Shown here one piece after another: positions 1 through 13,080 of a stretch of DNA of 64,000 nucleotides; the first letter of the stretch is position 1, and each line of letters begins with the position of its first letter. The translations under genes were made by a program, and so were the position numbers. The DNA comes from Calcarisporiella thermophila CBS 279.70 (lineage: Eukaryota; Fungi; Calcarisporiellomycota), in assembly GCF_041956535.1 (NCBI RefSeq), contig NW_027192194.1, positions 1,271,531 to 1,335,530 of the forward strand, in the 5' to 3' direction. The notes under the pieces are model-generated. The model was not told the DNA's origin and did no database searches. It saw only the letters and a program-made list of their open reading frames with translations.

Positions 1-89
1 AGAAAACACAAATAAGATCCTCCCGTTCCAATCCACCATCCCCTCCTTCATCCTACCATTACGCGCCTCCCTCCCTCTGTATCTAATTA

Positions 90-1378
90 ATGGAGTCTGA
101 GAAAACATTCCATCAGCGGGCATGGTTTCGCCGCACCGTCATAGTGGCCATCCTCGTGGTCATTTGTGCAGGAATCACCATCCCGGTCTACTTCGTGTAC
201 ATGACGGAGGGTCAAAAGTTCCAGAGTTTTGTTGAACGAGTCCCCAGTGGAGTCGCAGACTATATCCTAGTTGAGGTAAACTGGAATGCCCTGCGGTCTT
301 CTCCGCTTCTCCCGCGATAACCTCCGGCCTTTTCTGGTTGCAGGCTACTATAAGCAGTGTCAATTTGGATGATCGAATCTTTAAAGCACACATGGAATTT
401 ATTCCCCAGGGAAGATTAGCGGGCCCCCACGGGGTTCTGACCGTGCCTGTTAATCTGAATCTATATACGGAGACGGTCGCATTCCCCGCCAATGAAAACA
501 TGTAATGTCCCGCTTTTCTAACCCGTTTCACTGTCGGCCTAACTCTTGTCCATATTTTTATGGCTATAACAGGAGGACCATTGAGAAGTCATTTTCATAC
601 TATCAGGGCAACGTCGTCGGCTATCCTTTCGATCAATACAAGGGCTATTTTGAAATGTACGCTCATTTTAGTCAGAACTTATCTCTACTCGTACCGCTCG
701 GACTCAAGCTGGATGCTTCGCTACATACCTTCAAAGTTACCCCAACCCTGAGGCAGTTTTCTTTCGACACTGAAAAGATCGGAATAGACCTGCTAACAAG
801 GCGCTCCAACACGACCATCGGGTTCAGTATTTGGGTGCAAATCATCATGTGGGCTCTAGTATGTCTCTCTGTCACTAGGGGGTAGATGCTTCGTTCACCA
901 GATCTAACTCTGCCTTCTCTCTTTTATTGCCCAGGCTTTGTCACTTGCCTATGTGACTGTCCAGGCCATAGTCAAGCGGCGTCCTGTTGATGCACACTTT
1001 TGCTCCCTGGGAATTGCCATGCTTTTCGCCCTGCCTGCGCTCCGCGAGGCACAGCCGGATATTCCCAAGACGGGATGCGCGGCCGATGTCCTTGGCTATT
1101 ACTGGAACATGGCCATCATTGCGGGCAGCTCCATCATGGTCATGCTTACTTTTGGGCTGAGGTGGAAAAAAGGCGATCCGGAGCACCACCATCACCATGG
1201 TGAGACAATGCCGTCTCGACCAAGGCAAGAGATGGACTACACGGAACGACCCATGACCCATGCATACCCCTATATACCTCCCGAGGGACAAAGATATGCC
1301 CCCTCTTTTGCAAGCTCTTCCTATATTCCAAGGGAAGAATACGAGAAACGCATTTCAAGTCAACGCTCTCTTGTATGA
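90..1378 (+). CDS. DUF4436-like membrane protein (4 exons)
   Basis: N-terminal TM, then YPFDQY motif and C-terminal TMs with LFALPALREAQP..G...D..GYYW, typical of DUF4436. GT-AG introns near 276-343, 502-573 and 859-934 join the ORF pieces. Confidence 0.7.
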
Positions 1379-1714
1379 TCACCGTGAGGAACCCGCCTTA
1401 GATAAGGCTCCCTACCTCTTTCGAACGTACTCTATATCCAATCTTCTGTTTCTATTTCCTTCAGCATATTTCTATTTCATTCCTTGCTCCATTCCCATCC
1501 AAATATAGATATCTCAGTTCCATAAGGACTTTCTTTCACTTACTCGCGCTCCCGTTTTCCCATGAGCAACAAAATTAGTCTATTCATCACAAAAACAAAT
1601 GTTCCAGAGGCGTAGATTGCTGCACATATATATATAAAACGACTAAACGTGAAGAAAGAAAGAAAGAAAAGAAGAGAGAAAACAAAGAAAGAAAAAAAAA
1701 AAGTGGTATTAAAG

Positions 1715-3001
1715 CTATGCCTGTGCTGCTGGAGCCAACCCAACCCGTAAATTTCCCACATCATACACGATGTAATGGCTCTTTAAAAAGGCCACGCCCA
1801 AAAGCCAGACGCCATCCTTGGTCCCCACCAGGGATGAAAAGCAATATCCATCTCGGCTCTTCACCTGCTCCCTAATCAGGTCTCTATGGGGAACTTTGAA
1901 CTCCTTGCCGCTTATCCAGAAGGTGAGCTGGCTCTTTGTTTTGGGCGGGTTGCAGGGGACTAGCCAGCCAAGCCGGTCGTCATGAACGGACCCGGGGAAG
2001 AGGCTAGCGTGGACTTTGGGGAGATATTCCTTTGGCAGAGCAATCACGGTGCTCCCTGTGTCGAGCACCGCCTTGGATGGCCCTATCAGCTTTTCATTCC
2101 CCACCGTTAAGCGGTCGATGTCGATGGTCCAGTATTTTGCCTGCACCAGCGGGACATACGTGAGCGCACCGGTGTAGTACCTTGAGTCGGCGCCCCCGAA
2201 GATAATCTCGCCTCCGCCGCCCTCGGATTGCCGTCCAAGAAAAATGCTAAAGACAGGGTTGGGAACCAGTTTCTGCGATATCATGTTCTGGAAAAGCGGA
2301 GGGGCTATAGCAGGGAAGAAAGGTCAATACGCAGGGAACGTGGGGGCCGAGGAAAAAGAGAGAGGGGGACCCAACTCACCCTTCAACCGCGATATCTCCT
2401 GGAATCCTAGCCCTAGGACCCCATCCACGACATCATCCTTGAACTCCTTGGAAGCCTCGGTCGCCAAGCCGATGGTCTGCTGCCGCACGTTTATCCCGCC
2501 TAGCTCCACCGTGTCCACGCCTACGGCCCCTCTGACATAGCTTCCATCCACATAATGAATAATCCATGGGTCGCCTGTTGCTCTGAAGGTGGCGGATCTT
2601 TCTGCGTTGAACATTTGGTGCCACTCGGCCTTTCTCCTCTCCTTTCTTCTGGGAGTGGCTTTTCTCTCCTTGACCAGCCTCGCCTTCTTTTGGAAGTCTT
2701 GCTGCGTGTATATCCACAAATCCGCGGAGCCTGTGTCTAGATCCAGTCGGAAGACCTGCCCTGGGGTTCCAACCGTGACCTCTGCGTAGTACTCGATATC
2801 TTTGCCCACGTCCGTAAGCTGCATGGCAGTAGGGGTATCGGGGACAAAGCCTCTGCGAACGAGAGTGGACCAGGCCCGGAACGGGGTGGGAAGCGAGAAG
2901 TTGCGCTGATGTACGGGGAGGCGGACCAGCGAGTCACATAGGGAGAGCTGGGCCAGCGAGAGCAGGAGAGTGGGAGCAAGAAGCGACGACCATGGTTTCA
3001 T
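1715..3001 (-). CDS. Secreted pepsin-like aspartic protease (A1), 2 exons
   Basis: Signal peptide MKPWSSLLAPTLLL; two catalytic motifs LDTGSAD and LDTGST; flap YVDGS; DGVLGLGF; intron ~2305-2379. Confidence 0.95.
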
Positions 3002-3554
3002 ATTAATATTAGGAAATAGCAAACAAATAAAAATAAAACAAAAGCGCAAGCAAGGGCAAACGTTTGTGGAGAAACATCGAGGTTTTTAAAGTGGAAAGCT
3101 GAACCAAAAAAACTGCCCGAGTTTTATGTATCCGAAGTTATATTTCCGAAATCACCCAACTCAAACCATACTAGAGGTTAAGATATCAACTAGTTAAGGG
3201 GACAGGGCGCGTTTCAGACGCCGGGCTGAAGGCTGCACTGGAAGAGGATATCGAATCGAAATACGCCTGACCAAACTTGTCCCCTAGGGATTTAGGGGCG
3301 ATCCGGATTTTGGTGGGATTTGGGGGGGAGAGCTGGAAAGTTTTCGGCCTGTAGCACTTAGCTCAGGCGCTCTCCCTCTGACACACCAGCCTCTTTGGTC
3401 GGATACTTTTGCTCTGTCAATTTTCTCCGCCTTCCTTTCGTTTCTTGTCTGATACCTCCTCTTCCTGATCAAGTGACCAACTTTCCAAACATTCGATCCC
3501 TGCTTGTTTCCTCTTGTTTTCCGCCGCCAAACCTCACCCATTTTATTTTGGATT

Positions 3555-5553
3555 ATGCCTCAAGGCGATTCCGATTCTATATCGCCTTTTGTCCTGAAGA
3601 ATCGTCGCTCCGTCACATGCCCCTCTATTATGTCATCATCCTCTTCCCATGACAATACCTCTGCTCAATCCCCCACCGCAATCACATCCAGATCATCGGA
3701 CAGCTGCCCCACTACCCCTATTAGCTCAACCTCCCCCTCCACATCGAATGCCTCACGGCGATTGATTTCTGCACTCACCAATGCATTCCATTCTCCAAGC
3801 ATTAAATCGGCTGTGACCGCTGAAAGTGCAGGCACCACGGGGGGAGATTCCAAGCGATCGCTTTTAAAACTAAAGGAGCTCTCTCTAAGAGATGAAAATG
3901 GTGTGCCGTTTTTCAGGCTGAAAAAGCCAGCCAATCCCATGGAGGAGGGGAAGCCGGTGGGGCTGCGAGGGGTTGCATCGCCCCTCGATCCAGAGGGATT
4001 AGCGCACCTGTTGAGAGAGTGTGAGGGGCAGGATGTGGATGAGGATGAAGCTGAGGGCGATGTCGTAGAGGAGAGCGAATTTAATCAAACAAACAATCAA
4101 GCGGGAAAGGGTCGGTGTAGCCAGGGCGAGGATTCGGAAATGAAATTACCCAATCGCAAGCGCAAGCGGCGCAAGCTTGGCCCTCTCCTGATTGACATGC
4201 GGGATCTCTCCTTCTATCAACAACTTCATATACGCACCTCTTTCAACATCAATTTGCCGTCATTGCTTATCAAGCGGTACAAACGCGGTAGTGTGTCGCA
4301 TCTCTCGCTCGAAAATTTCATCACCTATCCGGCCGAAAGAGTCGCTTACCGGCAGAGACACAAGAGCGCCGATTCGGGTTCCGGCGCCGGAAATGAGGGG
4401 CTGGTGCGGGATGTTGGCCTGCTCGAGGAGGAAAACATTGTGGTTTACGACGATCTCATGGAGCCCGGAGAGGACACCGCGGGGTGGACCTTGCTTGCCG
4501 TGCTGGAGAAGATTGTCTCGGAAGCTTGTGGAAAGGGCCCGCGGCTTTACTGGCTTGTAGGCGGATTTGAGGCATTCAGGGCCTGGGACGGGGCAAGGGA
4601 GTTTGTCGAGAGCAGGTATGGTGGCCATTCTCCTGGGCAAGCTGGCGGGGGGGGTGGGGGCAGGAAGTTTACCTCTCCAACCTCGGTCTCTTCGAGCGAT
4701 TCGAACGGGTTTCGGCGCTGGTTCCCCCGGCGGATGTCGGTGAGTAGTGGGCCCTTGGGGGGTGGGGGTAGGGACTCGAGGCAAAACCTGTTCACTCTCG
4801 ATACACACCGTCGAAAAGGAGGGGGCCGGCACGCCTCCAAGGCATCGGCTCTTTTTCCTCCTCCCACAGCCTCGCACCCATCGATCCCCACGGAGCCCTG
4901 GTCGCCACACACTTCCGCCTCTCCGCCCCTAAGCACTAGCCGATGGGGAAATGATGGGCCGCCGCCAACCACGTTCGAGGTGTCCGAAATACTAGCGGGT
5001 TTCTTGTATCTCGGCTCGGAGTTGACACGCCCTTCGCAATTAGACGAGTTGGCGTCGCGAGGAATAAAGCGCATCTTGAACATGGCCGAAGAGTGCCCGG
5101 ACGATGTGGCGGGGTTGAGGGACCGGTTTATCTACAAGAAGGTGAATGCGAGCGACAACGTGGAGATGAAAGACGTGGATGCGTGCATCACAGAGGCCAT
5201 TCAGTTCATAGGTAGGTTTGGAGAGGATGTGGTGTTTGGCCGCGGAGATGGCTAACCGGGGCTGTGTACCCTAATTTTTAGACGATGCACGAAACGCCAA
5301 CGAGCCGATCTTTGTGCACTGCAAAGCTGGAAGGTCGCGTTCCGTCACTGTGGTGCTCGCCTACCTTATCCGCCATTACCGTTGGCCGTTGAAGGCCGCC
5401 TACCGCCATGTGTTTCGCGTGCGGCCGGGCATCTGCCCCAATCTGGGCTTTGTCGCAGAGCTTTTGCGCATCGAAGAGGGCGAGCTCGGGGTCGTGAGCA
5501 GTCTGGGAAGCCCCCTGACGCCCATCAAGGACTCCAAGATGATTTGCCGATGA
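3555..5553 (+). CDS. Dual-specificity (MAP kinase) phosphatase with rhodanese-like domain
   Basis: LLIDMR...HIRTSFNI and LVGGFEAF rhodanese motifs; catalytic HCKAGRSRS and ICPNLGF; intron 5212-5281. Confidence 0.92.
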
Positions 5554-5916
5554 CTCTCTCTCCTCGGCCTTGCATGTTTGGTGATAATGGACTGTGTTTA
5601 TCTGTTTCCTCTTTTTTTTTTCTTTTTTTTTTCTTTTTTATTTCTAACTATTTAACTTAGTTATCATTTCGTCCTTTCTTGTCGCATGTTGTTGTGCATT
5701 AGATTGTGTTTTTTTTTTCCTCGTTTCGTTTCATGCTCATCATTTTTTTTTGTTCATTGTGTTTATTTTTTTGTTCATGTTTTTCTAGTTGCATTTTCTT
5801 ACATTACATCTCAACACTTTATCCAAGCTTGACTAGAATGGAAAAAAAAAGATCATTACAAAAAAAGAAACTATAGAGAAAGTGGTTTTATACATATGAA
5901 ATAACAAAAAAGATAT

Positions 5917-6527
5917 CTAGACCTTCAGTGAACTCTGGTCCACCATACTCTCTCCCTTGATCTTACGCATTTCAAACCGCTGTTTGATATCCATTGGGCC
6001 AATGTATTCGATGAGGGCTTTGGGCGCATGGTCGCCGTAGCGATGCCCTATGCGTAGGACCCGGGTGTACCCTCCAGGGCGGTCGCGGAACCGTTCTGCG
6101 AGGGGACCAAAAAGCTTAGGGATGGTATGGTAATGTTCCTACCGGGGCGATGGGAGAAGTAGTGAAAAAAAGGGGGGGGGGTGAGTGGATGCTGTGATAA
6201 ATCAATGTTCAGATCGACTTACTCTGAGGTAGGCACGAGCAAGTTTTTTAGAATTTTCATCGCCACGCTTGCCAAGAGTAATCATCTGTTCAAGCATTTC
6301 ATTATTTTCTTTGTTAGCCATTCCATCACTTTCGCATCGCCTCCGATAGGTAAAGTAAGCAAGGCGAATTATGATACCTTGTCGGCAATTCGCTTCAGTT
6401 CCTTTGCCTTAGCCAGAGTGGTCTCTATTCGCTCATGTCGGATAAGAGAGGTGGCCATATTGCGTAGCATGGCATTGCGATGAGCCGAGGTGCGGCTCAA
6501 GGTCCGGACGTGTTTGCCGTGATGCAT
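5917..6527 (-). CDS. MRPL17: Mitochondrial ribosomal protein bL17m (L17), 3 exons
   Basis: [34 protein letters not shown]; spliced exons continue MITLGKRG and [21 protein letters not shown]. Confidence 0.93.
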
Positions 6528-6793
6528 TGCTCTGGATCGGAAGGTAGGCTTCACTTCACCTTAGATTCGCGAGTTGACTGCCCGAGTTGTTTATTAGTGG
6601 CGCAGCATGACTGCCCGGAATCCCACGCGGATCTTCAACATTGAGGTAAGTTCAACTTTGGGACTGGAATTTTTGTGCGGGGGGTTAGAAGGTCTCTGTT
6701 ACGCCTAACTTCAGGGTTCGTTGTATTTTTTTTCACTTAGGGCTAAGCTTTCAAGCTCTTTCCACAACTGAGTTTTCCTCGTCAACTCTTAAT

Positions 6794-8275
<1,482 letters not shown>

Positions 8276-8832
8276 GGAAAATAGAGATGGGAAAACGGGG
8301 AGGGGTTTTAGACGCGGGCTGAAAGATGTAATTAGGATGTGGTGAGAGCTGTGTTTTGTACGCAATATGCTCCTTTCAATCCAAGTAATACAGAAAAGGC
8401 AACCAAAGCTGCCAACTTATTGCCCCTTGATGGCCCTTGTGCCGCAGGGCCTGCTGGCGCGTCCGCTCTGCCTGAATTCCGGTTGACCCAGGCCGCCAGC
8501 TCACTCTCATTTGGCGGCGGGCCTCCTGATTAGCCCAATCTCGGGGGCCATTTGGGCCAGGACTCGCGGGAGTCTATGCCTCCGGCCCCTTAAGGAAGGG
8601 ATCGCCCTTGATCCTCGCAATAGCACAAACCTAAAGCTATAAATGAACAATAGCCGTTTAGGGTGTTTTTTTCCCCTCTCGCCTTCACCGTGCTGATCAC
8701 AGGCTGCCCCCGAGCCTTCTTCTGCCGTGGTGCCCCGCCGCTCCCCATTCCCAGCAAAAGCTTCTCTTTCTCATCCCTGCCCATCCCCGCCTCGATTCAT
8801 GCCCCATTCCCCTCGCGTGTTCTCTGACAAGC

Positions 8833-10005
8833 ATGTCCTTGCCATTCCTTCTCCAGCCCGCGGATTTCGCGCAATCTCCCCCAAAACTCGATCAGGCCCC
8901 CGCCGGTTCTACGCCCATGATCAACGCCCAAATCCTTGATTCCTCCTCCCCTGCATTTTGCGCCTCTGATCTCGGCGAGTTCTCGCCTGTAGCCCGGTCC
9001 CGGCCCGAGGATTCTCTGTTCGGCCCCCCCTTGCAGGTGAGCGAGACCGGCGAGGATATGGGCGCTGAGCAAGAGTGGAGCGTGCCGCAATGGTCGATGA
9101 TCCGTTCTGAGAGCAAAGATATCGCCTCTGCGAGCGATCAGGCGGTATGGGGGTGGGTGGCCGAGTCCGATGACGCCGGGAGTGTTGCCCCGCCGAGCTC
9201 TTTGCTGAAATCAGCCATGAGGTCCTTGTTGACCACGAACACGGTGAAACATGTCGACGAGAATAGGCTTGATCTAGACTTTACAGCTGCGACGACGCCG
9301 ATGGCGGAAGCGAGCGCCGCATCCGCGTTGGATGAGCTTTTGTCTTTATTTGACCCCTTTGACCAAAGCAATATTGTCATGGCTGGAGAGGACGTGCTTC
9401 CGGAATGCCCAACTGGGCCCGAGGACATGTCAATGTATCCCTCGCCATCTGCTTTAACCATGGCTGCTCCTTCGCCCATTCCCTACGCAATGGCTCCCGA
9501 AAACTCATGGGAAAAGAGTTTGCTTCCGCTAATTGAAGGGATTTCGATCTCCCCTCCTGAAGCCTCTCACCAAGGTGCCCACGAGGCACTTTCCCCTTCT
9601 TCATCTTCTTCTCCGCCGAACCGGTTCCACTCGCCAGAGGTTATTAGCATCTCAAGTGCTCTCGCTCTGATTGCCCCCTTGGCTTCTCTCATCGCCTCCG
9701 CGGCTAGACCCTTTCCTGGGCCGTCAGCGGCGGCGAGGAAACGCGCTCGCACTCCTCGCAACAGGAAATACATATGCGATCTCTGCGGTAAGGTTTGCAG
9801 CCGACCCAGCGAGTTGGCGGTCCACCGCAACAAACACACGGGCGAGCGGCCCTACAAGTGTCCGCGCGTGGATTGCAAAAAGGCCTTCACTGCCCCCGGA
9901 AACCTGTCGCGCCACGTGCGCGCACACGCCAAAAAGGAGCGGCTCGATCCAGAGGAGGGCCTAGAGGCAGGCAAACTGCTTGCAAAGCGGCGCCGAAGAA
10001 ACTGA
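8833..10005 (+). CDS. C2H2 zinc-finger transcription factor (two C-terminal fingers)
   Basis: YICDLCGKVCSRPSELAVHRNKH-TGERP-YKCPRVDCKKAFTAPGNLSRHVRAH; acidic Ser/Pro-rich N-terminus; basic KRRRR tail. Confidence 0.9.
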   Translation: MSLPFLLQPADFAQSPPKLDQAPAGSTPMINAQILDSSSPAFCASDLGEFSPVARSRPEDSLFGPPLQVSETGEDMGAEQEWSVPQWSMIRSESKDIASASDQAVWGWVAESDDAGSVAPPSSLLKSAMRSLLTTNTVKHVDENRLDLDFTAATTPMAEASAASALDELLSLFDPFDQSNIVMAGEDVLPECPTGPEDMSMYPSPSALTMAAPSPIPYAMAPENSWEKSLLPLIEGISISPPEASHQGAHEALSPSSSSSPPNRFHSPEVISISSALALIAPLASLIASAARPFPGPSAAARKRARTPRNRKYICDLCGKVCSRPSELAVHRNKHTGERPYKCPRVDCKKAFTAPGNLSRHVRAHAKKERLDPEEGLEAGKLLAKRRRRN

Positions 10006-10558
10006 CTCGAATCGAAAGCATAAAGCCATGGGCTGCGTGCGACATGTTTTGTTTGTACCATACATTTTTCACTGTGTGTTTTTGATACCGTTTTCTGTTT
10101 CTTTGCTTTGTATATACCACGATAGTTTCGCTTCATTGGAATGTTTTTTTTTTTTGGAATAATCGTCTTTGTATATCCCTCAACATGTTTTGATATGTTT
10201 TGATTTTTATTTCCTATTGTGTGTTTTTTTTTTGTCTTTTTTATTTTGATTTGCGTTTCGTAGCTTTCTCTTTTTTTCTTCTATACCTTCTCAACGTATG
10301 AATGAACAAGCTGGGCATAGATACCTACCAGCCCAATGCAGTGCCCCCCCCCCCCCTAAGACGCAGTGTCTCAAAGGACCGTTGGTTCAGTACATGATCA
10401 AATGGATTTCTTGTCGATTATAGTAGTATCGTAAGAATAAGTAGTAAAATATGACACAATTAAACAGAGAGATGACAGACGGGTGGGTGGGGGAAGAGAG
10501 AGGGGAATGGAGAAAGGAAATAGGAGAGGAGGGAGGGAAGAATGGCAACCATTGTCTA

Positions 10559-12735
10559 TCAGCTGGATTTCTCCGTGCCCGCGTTCTCCCCCTGGTCCTT
10601 CGCGCTCGGGGCGGCTTGCTTGGCGTCTGCCGTCCCTGTATCCTGCTCGTCAGGCTTCAATTCGATTGACTTTTCCTCCGTTTCTCGTAGATTGCTGTCA
10701 AGATGGTCCTCAAGGTCGCGTGCGCGGTGCTCGAACCCAATTGCGGTGATCACAATCATCAGGAAGAAAATAATGGCCATGAGGATGGCCTGGGTGAGGC
10801 CGTAGTCGGCTTTGCCTTGGGGGGTGGGGAACTTTTCGCCAAGGGTTGCTATGCAAACGGAGAGAATGGGGGAAGTGGAGAGTGAGGTTAGCGTCGCCTG
10901 GGTTTGAGCTCGGCGGGGACGCCAGGCATCCCCGCTGACGTCTCTCGTTACCTTCGATCTGAGCCGCGCTAGCGGAGATCAAATTCCCGATTTGATAGGA
11001 GAGCCCGGTGTAGGTCCCCCGGAATTCCGCAGGCGACAACTCGTTTAAATGCACGGGCACCACACCCCAAGCCCCTTGCACGAAAAACTGCAGCATGAAG
11101 GCTCCAAACTGAAGCAGCCCGATGTTCTCGCGGGGGAGCACCCACAGCGGGATGAAGCATCCCCCCAGGAACGCACAGATGATGATGGCGCGACGACGGC
11201 CGAAATACTGCGAGTAGTAGCCGAGCAGGGTGCCCCCGACAATGGCGCCAAGATTGGCAAGAACCATGGTGACCGTGAGCTGATTTTCATCGAGCCCAAC
11301 CTAGTGCAGCCAGGGGGAGAGGGGAGAGAATTAACGCGTTGTTATTTGTTGACGAGGCATCGTCGAGAGCATCGGATCGAGTTGGATTGGATCCGAGAGG
11401 GACGTACCTGAGATCGCAGGAAGGAGGGGTAGAGGTCTTGGCTCCCGTGGGACATGAAGTTGAAAAGCGTCATCAGGACAATGCCATAGATGACGCGCAG
11501 CCAGTGCTTCTGGAAGACGGTCTTGACTTGCGTCAAGTAGGAGATCTTCTTCATGCGCCTCTGTTGCTCCGTCTTGCGCCAGGTGTCGGACTGGATGGCA
11601 TGGCATTCAAAATCAATCCGGTTAGCTTAGGGTTGTGCAGAGAAAGAGAGTTTGAAGCTTAACCATACTTCTGGGACAAAGAATCGGATTAGGATGGTCA
11701 GGAGGGCGGGTGCGGCACCAATATAGAATAGCGGACGCCATCCATTCGCCTCGATGTTCACGGCACGAGCAATCACGGTCTATAGATGGCAACCCGGCGA
11801 TGAGCCGATGGGTGATGCAGGGAAAGAAGGGGAGAGGAGAGATTGCTTACCGCAAGAAGATAGCCAAACGCATAGCCCTACATACCGATACAATAAGCCA
11901 AAATGGAAAAGATTAGGAGGTGCTTTTGGGCAGCAAAAGAGCTTGGAATCCTAACCTGCTGCAGAATGCCACTGTAGAGTCCTCTGCACTCAGCAGGCAG
12001 GACCTCCATAGACAGACTGGCGCCTAGCGCCCATTCGCCCCCCATGGCTACTCCAAACAGGCTGTTGGCATCGGAAAGGGTCAATAAGCCATCCTCAAAA
12101 GCCACGGCCAGCGAGCCGTATGTCCTCCACCTACCCTCTTAGTACGATGAACGTTTCCCAGTTGGGAGCAAATCCCGAGGCAAGCTCAAAGGCGGAGTAG
12201 AGGATGATATCTAGCATGAGCGGACCCCGTCTGCCAAAGCGATCCGCGAGCGCCCCAAATATGAGCGCACCGATGGGACGAAGCATGAGGGTGGTGGTGA
12301 TGGCCCCGGTCACCTCTGAGATGGGGCGATTGTTGAATTCCTTGGCAATGTACGAAATGGTCAAGCTGACGGTGAAGAAGTCAAAGGCGTCTAATAGAGA
12401 AAAAGCCGGATAAAAGTTAGATTCCGAATGTCATGGCTGGGCGGCCAATCCATCTACCTAGCGTCCAGCCCAAAAAAGCAGCTAGAAATGTAAGATGCTG
12501 TTGCCGATTCAGTTTCGCAATCAAGCGGAAGGGATTTTCGGGCTTTTCGTCTAAACGCAGAGAGAACAAATCCCTGAGGCCACTGGTGCTCTTACTCTAG
12601 AGCCCCATCGGGAGAATCAGCGTGAGCCGGAGCATTCAGGAAGCAGGGGCAACCCACCTTTTCAACATGCTCGATTTGCTTTGCAGCAAACCCATGGCCA
12701 TTGTCTCCCCGTTCAGCAGTAGCAGGATCCGCCAT
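10559..12735 (-). CDS. JEN1: JEN1-like carboxylate:H+ symporter (MFS), multi-exon
   Basis: AFLGWTLDAFDFF, LMLRPIGALIFG..ADRFGRR, GVAMGGEW, and JEN1 signature NFMSHGSQDLYPS; YQIGNLIS. Confidence 0.88.
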
Positions 12736-13080
12736 CAGTGCGAGAAAATCAAATAGGGAAGAGTTATGGACAACTAACTGGCAGATATAGATGGTCGGAG
12801 TTCAAAAGCATGAACCGACTGGAATTTTCACAATGCGATTATGCGCAGGACTTGGCGGGGTTCATCTCGCCCTCATTGGGATTCTCTTGGAGCGCTCATC
12901 TGTTCTCGTGGGAAGCCCAGCCTCCAACTCAGCCCGCTGCCCCTCTCGTCATCCCCGCTCCTCCCCTTTGTGACACGCAATTTAGCTCTGGTCACGGGGA
13001 AAATCTCTCGGCATTCAAGGGTCTTTATTGATTGGAACAGAAGTCGGCGCTAGATCCATTGCAGCCGAAAGAATATATAA

